Positions 49,022-60,480 are shown, counted from the first letter of the stretch. The stretch: 60,567 bases of DNA from a candidate division FCPU426 bacterium (GCA_963847625.1 CAWKAR010000014.1:1-60567), one strand, 5' to 3'. A program made the numbers and translations. The notes: generated by a model from the sequence alone, not told the origin.

Positions 49022-50041
49022 ATGAGGCGTGATTTTTATTTTTCGATTTTTAGCCTTTTTTTCTTATCCTCTTTTTTTGTTTCCTCGATTTCCTATTGCC
49101 AAAATGGCGGCGTGGTGTCAACCCTTGCGGGATCAGCAGGTGTTAGTGGCTCTACTAATGCTACAGGTACCGCAGCTTCTTTCTTATTTCCCGCAGGAAC
49201 CGCAATTGACGCATCAGGTAATATCTTTGTTGCAGACGCAGGTAATAATTTAATTCGTAAAATTGACACCAATATTTTGGTCTCGACTTATGCTGGTACC
49301 GGAGCTGATGGTAATGATAATGGACCGGCTTCTATGGCTTCTTTTTTGGCTCCTTTAGGTGTCGCGGTTGATACCTCCGGGAATGTCTATGTGGCAGATT
49401 TACAAAATAATGCAATTCGGGAAATTACTTCTAATGGTGTAGTTTCGGTATTTGCTTCTGGTTTTAACATGCCAAATGGGCTTGCAGTTGATTCCTCCGG
49501 GAATGTCTATGTCGGCGACACAAATAATAATTTAATCCAAAAAATATCCGCAAATGGTTCTGCAACGACTCTGGCAGGATCTGGTTCTCCAGGGTCCTCA
49601 GACGGTACTGGAAAAGCTGCTTCTTTTAATTCACCCAAAGGACTAGCTGTTGATTCCTCCGGGAATGTCTATGTAGCGGATACTAACAACAATGTAATTC
49701 GTGAGATTTCTCCTAACGGAGTTGTAACAACCCTTGCCGGCTCGGCAGGAGTCACTGGGGCCACCAATGGCACAGGGAGTGCCGCATCATTCTATCAACC
49801 AACAGGAGTAGCTATTGATTTCTCCGGAAATATTTATGTTGCGGATTCTTATAACAATCTAATTCGGGAAATAACATCTGGGGGTGTTGTTTCGACTTTG
49901 GCCGGGTCGGGTGTGGCCGGGTATGCTGATGGAACTGGAACAACGGCAAGTTTCACTAATCCAAGCGGTGTTGCGGTCGATTCTTCCGGTAATGTCTACG
50001 TTTCGGATACCGGTAATGAATTAATCCGGAAAATACAATAA
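49022..50041 (+). CDS. secreted NHL-repeat beta-propeller protein
   Basis: Signal peptide; six NHL repeats, paralogous to the upstream gene. Confidence 0.9.
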   Translation: MRRDFYFSIFSLFFLSSFFVSSISYCQNGGVVSTLAGSAGVSGSTNATGTAASFLFPAGTAIDASGNIFVADAGNNLIRKIDTNILVSTYAGTGADGNDNGPASMASFLAPLGVAVDTSGNVYVADLQNNAIREITSNGVVSVFASGFNMPNGLAVDSSGNVYVGDTNNNLIQKISANGSATTLAGSGSPGSSDGTGKAASFNSPKGLAVDSSGNVYVADTNNNVIREISPNGVVTTLAGSAGVTGATNGTGSAASFYQPTGVAIDFSGNIYVADSYNNLIREITSGGVVSTLAGSGVAGYADGTGTTASFTNPSGVAVDSSGNVYVSDTGNELIRKIQ

Positions 50042-50106
50042 TGCTAATTAAGAACAATTTAATTGCGCCTTAATCGCAACTTGGTTTATTGCAGGAGGCT
50101 TTGCTT

Positions 50107-53100
50107 ATGAAGCGAGTTTTTGAGTTTTTTTTCCATTTATGTTCGATTAATGTTTTTTTTAATGTAATATTTCTTGGTTTTTTCCTTTTTCAATCTCCGC
50201 AACTTTGTTATTCACAAGCTTTCACTTTCACTCCTACATCCACATACACTTCCTTACCGCAGCCTAATTGTAATGTCAATTGGGTAACAGTGGGCACCGC
50301 TTCAGAGAGTGGAAATGCTATTACTTTTACAAAGAGAACCAGTGGTGTCCAGGCCGGTGCCGCATGGGATCCAAATTTAATTAACCTTAACAATAGTTTT
50401 GGGATGACTTTTGCGGTTTATTTGGGGGCTGCCACTATAGGCGGTGATGGAATGGCTTTTGTTATTCAATCGGAGGGTCTAGCAGCGATTGGAGGGGCCG
50501 GAGAAGGACTTGGTTATGGAAATAGAACTATGAACAATGCATATGCTGCTCCCATAAGCCCTTCCGTGGATGTGGAAATTGATACATGGCAAAATGGGGG
50601 TTGGCCTATTTATGACCCTATCTACGACCATATGGATGTGGCAATTGATGGAAATTTGGCGGCGACCTATCCAACCACGCCGGTGCAAGCGAGCGCGACA
50701 CAAACTAATATAAAAGATGGAAGAGAACATAGTTTCGCAGTTTCTTGGAATGCTCCAACTTCAACAATGACAATATATTTTGATGGTTCCTTACGGATAA
50801 CCTACACGAATGATGTAATAAATAATGTATTTGGGGGCAATCCAAATGTGTATTTCGGTTGGACAGGTGCCACTGGAACTGAAACTAACACACAGTACGT
50901 TAAAATAGCTTCGATACCTTGTCCTCCCACACCAACGAGTACACCGACAAACACCCCGACGAATACTCCAACTCTGACTCCGACATATACTCCAACAATT
51001 ACACCTACACCCACACCTACAAATACTCCGACGAACACTCTTACTATGACTCCCACGTTTACTCCGACAATTACGCCTTCCTCTACGCCGACTAATACTC
51101 CAACCAATACACCCACTTCTACACCTACAAATACGCCTACGCCTACTTTTACTTTTACGCCCACAAATACTCCTACACCCACCCCCAGTTTTACGCCAAC
51201 TTACACATTCACACCAACCCCTACAAGCACACCGACTAATACATTTACTAATACATCAACACCGACACCCACTAACACTCCTACCTATACCCCTACTCCA
51301 ACACCTACTAATACACCAACCAACACACCAACGATTACACCCACCTCTACTAATACGCCGACTATTACTAATACACCAACTAAGACTCCAACAAGCACTA
51401 ATACTGGAACGTCGACCCGGACGCCCACGCGCACACCCACAGCTACTAAGACTAGAACACCAACAATCATGCCTACTGTTACGCCGACTAATACACATAC
51501 GAGGACACCTACTGTTACACCCACGCGCACACCGACTGTAATGCCTACATTTACACCAACTAATACCAGAACTCGGACGCCCACCGTGACTTACACGCGG
51601 ACAGGAACAATACTTCCTACAGCGACACCGACTGTTACTAGGACCAGGACTCCCACACAAACTTACACGCGAACAAATACAGTCCTTCCCACAGCTACGC
51701 CATCCAATACCCCCACGCGGACACCCACAATTACACCTACACGAACTCCAACTATTCTTCCTACTCACACACCTTCCAGCACAGCTACCAAGACACCTAC
51801 GGTGACTCCGACGCGAACACCAACAAACTTGCCTACGGTGACGCCGACGAATACCCCCACTAGAACACCTACAATTACAGCAAGTGTAACGCCTACACCT
51901 ACCATAACTTTTTCTGCTACACAAACTTCTACAATTACATCGACACCCACTCCAATGTGCTGCGGTCAGTTTTCTGTGTCATTTGGTTCTTCGGGAGCTG
52001 GAAATGGCCAATTTGGAACCGCATGGGGTATGGCAACCGGAAGCGGGAGTGCGGCAGGTACTATTTTTGTCGGCGATGGAAGTAATAATCGGATAGAGGT
52101 ATTCAACACAAACGGTGCCTATGTCACCTATTTTGGGGGTCCGGGTTCTGGTAATGGTTTATTCAGTGGACCTTATGGAGTTGCGGCTGATTCCTCGGGA
52201 AATGTTTATGTCGCGGACCAAGGGAATAACTTAATCCAGAAGTTCACTTCCAACGGTGCAGGGGGCTACGGATTTACCACTCAATGGGGTGGTAGTGGAC
52301 CAGGAAACGGCCAGTTTGAAGGTTTGTATGATGTCGCGGTTGACCCAACAGGAAATACCGTCTATGCGATAGATATAGGCAATAATGGAAGGGTCCAGGC
52401 ATTCTCATCCATTGGAGGCTGGGAAGCTACCGCAAGCTCTGTCACAACGGCGGGACTATTTTCTATGCCGAGCGGTGTCGCTGTGGATTCCAATTATGTT
52501 TATGTTTCTGATAAAACTCAAAATAAAGTCCACAGGTTCGACTATAAACTGGACGTGACCGGTTCCTCGTTTATTACTTGGGGTGGTACGGGAACTACAA
52601 ACGGCCTATTTGAAGGGGCTAACCGGGTAGGCACCGATAGTTCGGGAAATGTTTATGTTTCCGATATTACTGATGATCGGCTTCAAGTTTTTGATCCCAA
52701 TGGCGCTTATTTGTGCCAAATCGATATAAATGAAGAATACGGTTTATACGGAATTGCGCTCGATCCGGCCTCGGATATCTTTGTGATTGTAAACCAGGAT
52801 TTCGTAAACAAATATGTTCCGTGCGCAATCAACACTTACACCCCGACACCAACCATTACATCGACACCCACACCCATGTGTTGCGGTCAGTTTTCTGTGT
52901 CATTTGGTTCTGCGGGATCTGGAAATGGCCAATTTAATTCCGCGTGGGGTATAGCTACCGGAAGCGGGGGTGCGGCAGGTACTGTATTTGTCGGCGATAA
53001 AAGTAATAATCGGATAGAAGTTTTCGACACGAACGGTGGCTATGTCACTTATTTCGGAAATCCGGGTAGTGGGAGTGGTTCGTTCAGTGGACCCTACGGG

Positions 53101-54108
53101 GTTGCGGCTGATTCCTCTGGAAATGTATATGTTGCGGATCAAGGGAATAACTTAATTCAGAAATTTACTTCTAACGGTGTGGGGGGCTACGCGTTTTCTA
53201 CCCAGTGGGGGGGAATGGGCACAGGGAACGGCCAATTTGAATATATCTACGATGTGGCTGTCGATCCAACAGGAAATACCGTATATGCGGTTGATATGGG
53301 CAATGGATCAGGAAGGGTCCAGGCATTTACCTCTATTGGCGGATGGGAAGCTACTGCATCCTCTGTTACTACAACAGGCCTTTTTGTCCATCCAGAAGGT
53401 GTAGCCGTTGATTCCAATTACGTTTATGTGACGGATTTTTCTCAAAATCTCATTCACAGGTTTGACAGGCAACTGGACGTGTCCGGTTCCGCGTTTATTT
53501 CTTGGGGTGGCGGTGGAAGTCCGACTCGGGTTGCGACCGATTCATCAGGTAATGTTTATGTTACCGGAAATGGCCAGATTCAAGAGTTTGACGCGAATGG
53601 TAAATTTTTATGCCAAGTTACTCCCAATGGAAATTCTATGTGGGGGATCGCTGTCGACCCGGTCAATGAATTCTTTGTGATAGAGAATTATAGTCAAGTA
53701 TATAAATTCGTTCCGTGCGGGACTTCTGGCCCAATATCATTGGTATCCAAATCCTCAAAAGAAGTCCGCGTTTTCACACCCACTCCAACTGCCACTGCTA
53801 CATCTACTCCGACCGTGGGGAGTGTCTCCGTGGCGGCTGTTCCTAACCTCTCACGGGATGGGGAACCAGTTCATCTGCGCGTCAACCTGGTTCATCCCGC
53901 TTCTGTGCGTTTATCAATTTACAATTTGCTGGGGGAATTGATCTATCAGAAGACAGCTGATGGAAATAGCGGCTCAAACGATTTGGTTTGGAGTTTGGAA
54001 AACAAATCTAAACAATCTGTAGCCAGTGGTTTATATGTTTATGTCCTCCGAATTGATGATGGCGGAAATCAAAATCAGTATACTGGTAAAATTGCAGTCA
54101 TTCGTTGA
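50107..54108 (+). CDS. large secreted protein: L-type lectin domain, Thr/Pro-rich linker, two NHL modules, C-terminal FlgD/Ig-like domain
   Basis: [22 protein letters not shown] (legume lectin); ~340 aa of TPT repeats; duplicated [15 protein letters not shown] blocks; IYNLLGELI...VASGLYVY tail. Confidence 0.88.
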   Translation: MKRVFEFFFHLCSINVFFNVIFLGFFLFQSPQLCYSQAFTFTPTSTYTSLPQPNCNVNWVTVGTASESGNAITFTKRTSGVQAGAAWDPNLINLNNSFGMTFAVYLGAATIGGDGMAFVIQSEGLAAIGGAGEGLGYGNRTMNNAYAAPISPSVDVEIDTWQNGGWPIYDPIYDHMDVAIDGNLAATYPTTPVQASATQTNIKDGREHSFAVSWNAPTSTMTIYFDGSLRITYTNDVINNVFGGNPNVYFGWTGATGTETNTQYVKIASIPCPPTPTSTPTNTPTNTPTLTPTYTPTITPTPTPTNTPTNTLTMTPTFTPTITPSSTPTNTPTNTPTSTPTNTPTPTFTFTPTNTPTPTPSFTPTYTFTPTPTSTPTNTFTNTSTPTPTNTPTYTPTPTPTNTPTNTPTITPTSTNTPTITNTPTKTPTSTNTGTSTRTPTRTPTATKTRTPTIMPTVTPTNTHTRTPTVTPTRTPTVMPTFTPTNTRTRTPTVTYTRTGTILPTATPTVTRTRTPTQTYTRTNTVLPTATPSNTPTRTPTITPTRTPTILPTHTPSSTATKTPTVTPTRTPTNLPTVTPTNTPTRTPTITASVTPTPTITFSATQTSTITSTPTPMCCGQFSVSFGSSGAGNGQFGTAWGMATGSGSAAGTIFVGDGSNNRIEVFNTNGAYVTYFGGPGSGNGLFSGPYGVAADSSGNVYVADQGNNLIQKFTSNGAGGYGFTTQWGGSGPGNGQFEGLYDVAVDPTGNTVYAIDIGNNGRVQAFSSIGGWEATASSVTTAGLFSMPSGVAVDSNYVYVSDKTQNKVHRFDYKLDVTGSSFITWGGTGTTNGLFEGANRVGTDSSGNVYVSDITDDRLQVFDPNGAYLCQIDINEEYGLYGIALDPASDIFVIVNQDFVNKYVPCAINTYTPTPTITSTPTPMCCGQFSVSFGSAGSGNGQFNSAWGIATGSGGAAGTVFVGDKSNNRIEVFDTNGGYVTYFGNPGSGSGSFSGPYGVAADSSGNVYVADQGNNLIQKFTSNGVGGYAFSTQWGGMGTGNGQFEYIYDVAVDPTGNTVYAVDMGNGSGRVQAFTSIGGWEATASSVTTTGLFVHPEGVAVDSNYVYVTDFSQNLIHRFDRQLDVSGSAFISWGGGGSPTRVATDSSGNVYVTGNGQIQEFDANGKFLCQVTPNGNSMWGIAVDPVNEFFVIENYSQVYKFVPCGTSGPISLVSKSSKEVRVFTPTPTATATSTPTVGSVSVAAVPNLSRDGEPVHLRVNLVHPASVRLSIYNLLGELIYQKTADGNSGSNDLVWSLENKSKQSVASGLYVYVLRIDDGGNQNQYTGKIAVIR
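50926..51954 (+). repeat. low-complexity Thr-Pro (TPTNTPT / TPTRTPT) coding repeat
   Basis: ACN-CCN codon runs with varied third positions. Confidence 0.85.
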
Positions 54109-54281
54109 GCACCTTTTCTAATCCGACCTAAATCTTTGCGTCCCACATTGCACACTCTAAGCCTTTATCAGGCTTGAGCCATTTTTTTTAACCTCGTGAC
54201 CTTGGTTGGTTTCCACGATATAGAATTTATTTTATTAGAAATCGTAATGCTTGTTTGATTTCTATAGCTATAATCTGAGGA

Positions 54282-55901
54282 TTGTTAGATCAACAAATCC
54301 TTAACGTGAAATCGGTAGGTCAGGCACCTTTGCTAGCTCATCCCGAATATCATTTCAGCCGAAAAAACCTTTGGATATTAATAAGCGCGTTTTTCCTTAT
54401 AGGTTTAATCCGTATTTTAAATCACTCTATGTGGGGGGATGAACTCCAAGTCTGGGTGATTGCCCACAAAAGTTTATCCCTTTTCCAATTGTTCCATAAC
54501 ATTCGTTATGAAGGTCATCCCTGCCTGTGGTTTCTTTGTGTGTGGATACTCTCCTCAATTTGGAATAACCCTGTCATCATGCAGTTGTTCCATATCCTCA
54601 TTGCCACTTTTTCCATTTGGGTGGTTTTCAGATACGCACCTTTTTCACGCTGGATTAAAATATTATTTGCGACGGGGTATTACCCATTTTGTGAGTACGC
54701 CATTATCAGCCGGGGTTATTCGTTGGTTGTTGCCTTAGCTTTTGCTTTTACTGCGGTTTTTTGTTTCCCTAAACGCAGAGTACTTCTCATGGCTATCCTG
54801 TTGTTTGTTATGACCCAGGTTGATGTTTTCGGGACAATCTTGGCAATATCTTTCTCTTTTATATGGTTATTGGATGAATTTATGCGCAGGGGAAAAAAGG
54901 TATCTTCTTTTGTGCATACCCCTTTCAATTCTCTAGGATTCGCAGTTGTTTTAGTGATACTCGGGATTATTTTGGCCGTAGTGGAAATGAAGCCGCCTGC
55001 GGACAGTCCGTTTTCTCTTATTAATTTTTCACTTAATTTAAAGAGATTTACTATCGAATCACAGGGAATATTTCAGGCGTTCTTCCCTTTACGCCCTTGG
55101 TCAGATATCGGTCAGCAACCAAGTGGCTACATGATTTTACCCGCAGTATTTCTTGCGCTGGTTGCCTTTCTTTGTGCCGTGCGAAACCGTCTGTCATTGG
55201 TATTGCTTTCAGTTGGTTTCATTGGGATTTGGTCTTTTGTTTGGATAAATGGATATTTTATTGGTATGAGTCCAAGATGGTCCGGCTTTATTCTCGTCAT
55301 ATTTCTTTGTTCCCAATGGGTAGCCCAAGCAGATGGTTTCGGATACATCAATGAAATAGTATTGCCCCAAACTCTGCATAACACTGGGCAAATTCTTTGG
55401 AAACCGTTTATGATTTTTACGCTCTTAGTATCACTTGCTGGAAGCGTGGACTTCAACATAGGGGAATTATCGATGCCCTTTTCGACCGGAAGAGAAGTGG
55501 CCAATTATATAAAGGAAAATAATTTCCAGGATTTGCCAATTGTTGGTTCCATAGCACCATTCATGACAACCATCAGTGCTTATTTAGACCGACCCATTAT
55601 TGAGGCGGCAAATGGGCGATCAAGTTATTTCTACGTCCGCGACCGATTTGTGGATATGCCTTTAAGCGGCTCTCAATGGGGTGAAGTTGTCCATCGGTTG
55701 GGTCGCGAAAAAGGGGATGTCCTTATTATTACCACCTACCCTATACAGGACGCTCCAAGGGATTTTCGTTTCCTTCGAAATTTTTCACAGGGGAAAAGAG
55801 AGGGATACGGGATATATATATGCCAATCATCCAGCTCAACCGCTAATGCGAAGTTTATTCCTACAAATCAATTTTCTGGTCTTCCGCCAAGCGGCCACTA
55901 G
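54282..55901 (+). CDS. polytopic membrane protein (GT-C glycosyltransferase-like)
   Basis: HSMWGDE in the first loop, YEGHP.LW, EYAIISRGY; many TM segments. Confidence 0.7.
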   Translation: MLDQQILNVKSVGQAPLLAHPEYHFSRKNLWILISAFFLIGLIRILNHSMWGDELQVWVIAHKSLSLFQLFHNIRYEGHPCLWFLCVWILSSIWNNPVIMQLFHILIATFSIWVVFRYAPFSRWIKILFATGYYPFCEYAIISRGYSLVVALAFAFTAVFCFPKRRVLLMAILLFVMTQVDVFGTILAISFSFIWLLDEFMRRGKKVSSFVHTPFNSLGFAVVLVILGIILAVVEMKPPADSPFSLINFSLNLKRFTIESQGIFQAFFPLRPWSDIGQQPSGYMILPAVFLALVAFLCAVRNRLSLVLLSVGFIGIWSFVWINGYFIGMSPRWSGFILVIFLCSQWVAQADGFGYINEIVLPQTLHNTGQILWKPFMIFTLLVSLAGSVDFNIGELSMPFSTGREVANYIKENNFQDLPIVGSIAPFMTTISAYLDRPIIEAANGRSSYFYVRDRFVDMPLSGSQWGEVVHRLGREKGDVLIITTYPIQDAPRDFRFLRNFSQGKREGYGIYICQSSSSTANAKFIPTNQFSGLPPSGH

Positions 55902-56045
55902 GGAATGCAGCCGATCAATCGGGAAATATGTATGTAGCCGGCTCTTTTAGAAACCATTTAAAAATGCCCGCGTTAATTTCTGATTGTGGAAATAATAAAA
56001 TTGAGTTGTCCCATCTTCCTTAAAAGCTGTTCAACGGAAATTATT

Positions 56046-56537
56046 TTAAATCCCCTCGAAGAGTATTTTGATACCGCAACCTAAACCTTTTTGAATTTTG
56101 AGGATATTCTTTAACCAAATATTTCTATAACCGCATTCCACGAACCCGATGGAATTACCCATCATCCCTGCTTTTTTCCCTAACATTACCTGTGACCAGC
56201 CGTGTTGTAAGCGTAACTTCCGTACATTCGACCCAAATTTAAGAATAATCTGACGGTCATTTAGGGTATTAGGTTTATCAGTAGTTATCTTTTTTAATTT
56301 GAAAGATATAGGTTCCTCAAAAAGGTCTTTTACATCACATCCCAAAGCCTTTTGGATCCTGACGATATTTTTAAGTGATGTTCCTCTATGCCCGTATTCC
56401 ACGAACCTGATGAAGGTGACATTCAACCCTGTTAGCTCGGCAAATTTTATTTGGGACCATCCTCTTTGGATACGCAACCTCCGGACGTTACCCCCGAATT
56501 TCAGGATCATCCGGATGTCGTTTTTATCATTAGGCAT
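56046..56537 (-). CDS. tandem double XRE-HTH regulator
   Basis: Two similar domains FG.NVR.LR.Q.GWSQ...E.G.R...LKNI..IQK.LGC. Confidence 0.85.
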   Translation of the reverse strand: MPNDKNDIRMILKFGGNVRRLRIQRGWSQIKFAELTGLNVTFIRFVEYGHRGTSLKNIVRIQKALGCDVKDLFEEPISFKLKKITTDKPNTLNDRQIILKFGSNVRKLRLQHGWSQVMLGKKAGMMGNSIGFVECGYRNIWLKNILKIQKGLGCGIKILFEGI

Positions 56538-56586
56538 ATTTAACCCCAAAAGCCCTTTTATTACTTTTCACCAGAATCATTATCCC

Positions 56587-56625
56587 TTGACCCCATTCCG
56601 AAACCCGCGGTATACATAAGTATAC
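56587..56625 (+). promoter_or_regulatory. putative umuDC promoter with palindromic operator
   Basis: TTGACC-N18-TATACA; GTATAC-ATAA-GTATAC overlapping the -10. Confidence 0.45.
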
Positions 56626-56664
56626 ACCTGTATTCCAGTTGCTTTAGGGGAGGGTTTTTAAGCC

Positions 56665-57129
56665 ATGCGCGCCCATTATCTCGGTTCCATCGAGGAGTTT
56701 CAAAACGTCTTTTTGACCCTGGTCTTGCCCCCGGTACCATGTGGGGCACCAGGCCCACCGGAGTCCTACCGGGAGAGACGGATTCAACTAACCGACCTGG
56801 TGGACCACCCCTACGCCTCATACCTCTGGATCGCCTCAGGGGATTCCATGATCGGAGCTGGCATCCATTCGGGGGATTTTTTGCTGGTGGATAAGTCCCT
56901 GCTCCCGGCCCCAAACGATATCGTCATCGCCGCCCTCAACGGGGAGCCCATCGTCAAGAGGCTCAGTATCGAAAACAAGAAAGTCCTGCTGCTTCCCGAA
57001 AACCCGGAGTTCAAGCCCATCCCCATCGACCCCGAGGAGGGGATCAAAATGCTCGGTGTCATCACCTATACCATCCATCCCTTGAGAGGTTCCAGTGGAG
57101 TACGTCGTCGCCTTGGTGGACTGCAATAA
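56665..57129 (+). CDS. umuD: UmuD-like S24 peptidase subunit of Pol V
   Basis: VPCG cleavage site, GDSMIGAGI catalytic Ser, IVKRL catalytic Lys. Confidence 0.9.
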   Translation: MRAHYLGSIEEFQNVFLTLVLPPVPCGAPGPPESYRERRIQLTDLVDHPYASYLWIASGDSMIGAGIHSGDFLLVDKSLLPAPNDIVIAALNGEPIVKRLSIENKKVLLLPENPEFKPIPIDPEEGIKMLGVITYTIHPLRGSSGVRRRLGGLQ

Positions 57130-58366
57130 CTTCTACGTCTCTTGTGAGCGTGCCTTTAATCCCCGGCTCTACAACCGCCCGGTCGTGGTTCTCTCGAACA
57201 ACGACGGCCTGGTGATCGCCCGGTCGAACGAGGCAAAGGCCTTGGGCATTGAAATGGGCGATGCCGTGTTCATGAGGCGGGACTGGGTTAAGGAACACAA
57301 CCTCATTGTCATGTCCTCCAATTATCCCCTTTACTTCGACATGTGCGACCGGGTGAGGGAGGTGCTTTCCCTATTCACTCCCAGGCTTGAGAAATACTCC
57401 ATCGACGAGTGCTTTCTGGACCTGTCTTCTATCCCCCTTGAGGAATTGGAGGGGTATGGAAGGAGGATCAAGGAGATGGTGGAAAGGTGCACCGAAATAC
57501 CCGTGTCGGTGGGAATCGCCTCAACCAAGGTATTGGCAAAGGTCGCCAACAAGATCGCCAAGAAGTCGGCCAAGGCCAGGGGGGTCTTGAATCTCTTTAA
57601 GTCTCCTTACCTGGAAAAGGCATTGGCCCAAACGGACGTGGGGAACCTTTGGTACGTGGGACCGGCCTATGAAAGACTGCTCAAGGAGAACGGGATCAAC
57701 AACGCCCTGGAATTCAGGAACGCCCCGGAGCATTGGGTGAGGGCCAGGATGACGGTCGTGGGAGCCAGGATTCAATCGGAGTTGAAGGGGGTGTCCTGCC
57801 TACCCCTGGAGCTGGTGCCCCCGGCCAAGAAGATGGTGGGGACGGCCCAGGGTTTCGGGGTCTTAATTGAGTCCCTGGAGGAGATGAGGGAGGCCGCAGC
57901 GGCCAGGGCCTCGGAGGAGGCCCTCAAACTCCGGCAGGAGAAGCAATGCGTAAAGGAACTGACCGTCTGGATCAATACCCACCCTTTCGGGCATGACCCC
58001 CAATATGGGGACGCCCGGACGGTGGTTTTTCCGGTGGCCACCAACGACACCTCCACCCTGATCAGGTACGTGGTGGCGGTGGTGGAAAAGCTGTACAAAA
58101 AGGGTTACCGGTACAAGAGGATAGGCCTGAACGCCGACAAGCTGGAGCCGGAGGACGCCGTCCAAGGGCACTTGTTCATCCGCCCTGAGGACATCCGGAG
58201 GCCGGTCTTGATGAGGACCATCGACCAGTTGAATGAGGTCAAGGGGGCGGGAACTGTCAGGATGGCCTCGGTGGGGATCAACCAAAGGTGGCTGACGAGG
58301 TTCGAGAAACAGTCGCCGCACTACACGACCAGGCTCAGGGACCTACCCATTGCCAGGGTGCCTTAA
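57095..58366 (+). CDS. umuC: UmuC-like Y-family translesion DNA polymerase
   Basis: LVDCNNFYVSCER, VLSNNDG, YSIDE, TKVLAKVAN, SPHYTTR (DUF4113 tail). Confidence 0.95.
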   Translation: MEYVVALVDCNNFYVSCERAFNPRLYNRPVVVLSNNDGLVIARSNEAKALGIEMGDAVFMRRDWVKEHNLIVMSSNYPLYFDMCDRVREVLSLFTPRLEKYSIDECFLDLSSIPLEELEGYGRRIKEMVERCTEIPVSVGIASTKVLAKVANKIAKKSAKARGVLNLFKSPYLEKALAQTDVGNLWYVGPAYERLLKENGINNALEFRNAPEHWVRARMTVVGARIQSELKGVSCLPLELVPPAKKMVGTAQGFGVLIESLEEMREAAAARASEEALKLRQEKQCVKELTVWINTHPFGHDPQYGDARTVVFPVATNDTSTLIRYVVAVVEKLYKKGYRYKRIGLNADKLEPEDAVQGHLFIRPEDIRRPVLMRTIDQLNEVKGAGTVRMASVGINQRWLTRFEKQSPHYTTRLRDLPIARVP

Positions 58367-58424
58367 CCAGGGGAAATACCTGGCTTTGAAGTTAGGGATT
58401 GGGGTTATTTGTCCTTCCGAAATT

Positions 58425-58792
58425 AGTTCAATCCATTTGAACTCAAAAAGCGCGTTTGGGGATTATTTCAGGCGGGTTTTAAAAAAATTCGCAGCCAAAT
58501 GATGGGGGTTTTTCCGGGGGTCGCCGCCGACTTTAAAGGCCTGATCGGGGATGTTGTGGGCGTGACGTGTGGCCTTTTATGGAAAGGGTAAAGGGTCGAG
58601 GGAATGGGCTTAAACGTTGGAGAATCGGGACTGAAGGAGGATTGGGAATTGAACGGCCCGAATCATAAGGGGAGTGACCAACGGAAAAACATGCCTTGGG
58701 GTATGGGAGTTGGGGGATGGTAGTGCTTCCAAAAGCAGTTCAATTCATTTGAACTCAAAAAGTGGGTTTGAGGATTGTTTAAGGCGGATTTT
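58425..58792. repeat. 56-bp imperfect direct repeat (58425-58480 and 58737-58792), each with an AGTTCAA-N5-TTGAACT palindrome
   Basis: Direct alignment of the two copies, 312 bp apart. Confidence 0.8.
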
Positions 58793-58805
58793 CTCATGCT
58801 GCGAT

Positions 58806-58864
58806 GGCGAACCCCCCTATCTACGCATCAAGTAATGATGCTAGAAACGATAGGGGGGTTCGCC
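58806..58864. repeat. long hairpin (16-bp perfect stem with a nested stem-loop)
   Basis: GGCGAACCCCCCTATC / GATAGGGGGGTTCGCC; inner GCATCA/TGATGC. Confidence 0.8.
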
Positions 58865-59227
58865 CTCTCCGCAAGAGAAAACCTTTATAAATCATAGAAA
58901 CTTAACTTGATGAGTAGATAAAGAGATAATTAAAAGAAAGACAATAAAGAAACAGAAAAAGACAACAAATAGAAACAGAATGGTAGGACGTGAGGGAAGT
59001 GGTAGTAGGAGCCAAAGGTGGTGCAGGTAAAAAAGACCGTAGCAGATGGAAGAAGTGGTAGGTGAGTGTCAGAGGTGGTAACGGCAGGGTGGATGGTAAT
59101 GAGAAAGTGTTAGGTGGAGGTCAGTGGGGGTAACGGCATTGGTGGGTTGGAGGGTATTGGCAGGGGAATTAGGAGCCGGAACTAGAGCAGGTAAAAGTCA
59201 AAAAGAATCCTATGACAATTCCAAAGA

Positions 59228-59266
59228 CAACCCTGCCTCCTGGGAACCCCCCAGGAGGCAGGGTTG
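59228..59266. repeat. perfect 17-bp inverted repeat hairpin
   Basis: CAACCCTGCCTCCTGGG-N5-CCCAGGAGGCAGGGTTG. Confidence 0.85.
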
Positions 59267-60345
59267 AATACACGATAGAAGGTTGTTTTTATACCTCATT
59301 ATTGGATATCCATGGTTTAGAGGATTAAATAGATACGGTAAATATCCCTAATGAGAAAGCTTTAGGCTATTTAAGGGGGGAACGAAAAAGGGGAACGGCA
59401 TCCCTTTTTCGTGGGTCTTCCCCCTGGGCCAAGCTTCCCGCAAAAGGCGCGGGAATCCTGGCCGCACCCCTTTCCCCGGGGGCGTCTGCCCCGCAAGCCC
59501 CTGACCAAACCGGGGAAAAGCCCCCCGTTTGGATCCCCCCTTAAAACCGGTGGTGGGTGAGCGGGGTGGTAGCTGTGAACTCCCTTTCATTTCCCGCAGG
59601 GGACCCCGCCAAGCGGAAAACCTCATTACGCCTTTTTATCTAGCACTCCGTGGGGTGGTGAAAGGCTTCATTTCGGTTTGTCCGATTGGCCCTTCCCCTG
59701 CGGCGGCGGCACGCCCGGATGAACGAAAAATGCCATCCCGGCACGCCGCCGATAAATGAAAGGGGCTTTTGAGTCCTCAGGGCCGTTCCAAAAATGGGAA
59801 ATTTCGTGGTAACAAAAGTGATACCCACTCGGTTTCCCATTTTTGAAAAGCCTTCGGCTGTGCCCCTGGCGGGGCACCGGCGCTTCGGGTAGCGGGGATT
59901 CCGAAAAAGAACCGTGCCCGGCAACGGCGGTAGTGGGTGGTGAAGTGGTTTTTTCCTTCCTTGTGGATCTTGGTGGTTGGTCCTTCCTGAAGTTCAGCAG
60001 CAAACCCATAAAGCAGACATAGAGGGTCCATTAGTCCAGGTAATAGGACGATGGATAGTTTCGGGAGTTCGTCCCGAGGACCAATGACGGTTTTTCTGAC
60101 CGATACGGCCCCCCTTGCTAAGGCAACTTTTGCGCCAGCCGGAATGCGCGGCTGTCACAAAAGTAAAGGGTGGCCTTCCTTCGTTTTTCCCTCCCTCATG
60201 TTCAGGACGTTTGCCGCACGAACTCCCAAAACTCCCGCTTTTGCCTTCCCCTCCCCCCTCAGGTTTTGAGGGGGGAGGTGGAAGGCGGTTGTTTTAAGGC
60301 GAAGAACCTTCAAGAAAAAACAAAGGGAAAAAGGGGGTGAGGGAA

Positions 60346-60480
60346 ATGGACGAAAAGAACAATCAGGAGAAGGAGCCCAAGAAGGCGGAGAGAACGGAGC
60401 CGGAGGCCTTGGGTTGGAAGGTGACGGACGAGGAGATCGACCGGGTTATCCGCAAGCTTGAGGAAGGTTGGAGCTTTTGA
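60346..60480 (+). CDS. small hypothetical protein (44 aa)
   Basis: GAGGG RBS; MDEKNNQEKEPKK...LEEGWSF; followed by another RBS and ATG at 60493 whose ORF runs off the window. Confidence 0.4.
   Translation: MDEKNNQEKEPKKAERTEPEALGWKVTDEEIDRVIRKLEEGWSF

Noticed and set aside
50802..51950. Val/Gly-rich minus-strand ORFs
   Set aside because: Antisense of the Thr/Pro repeat.
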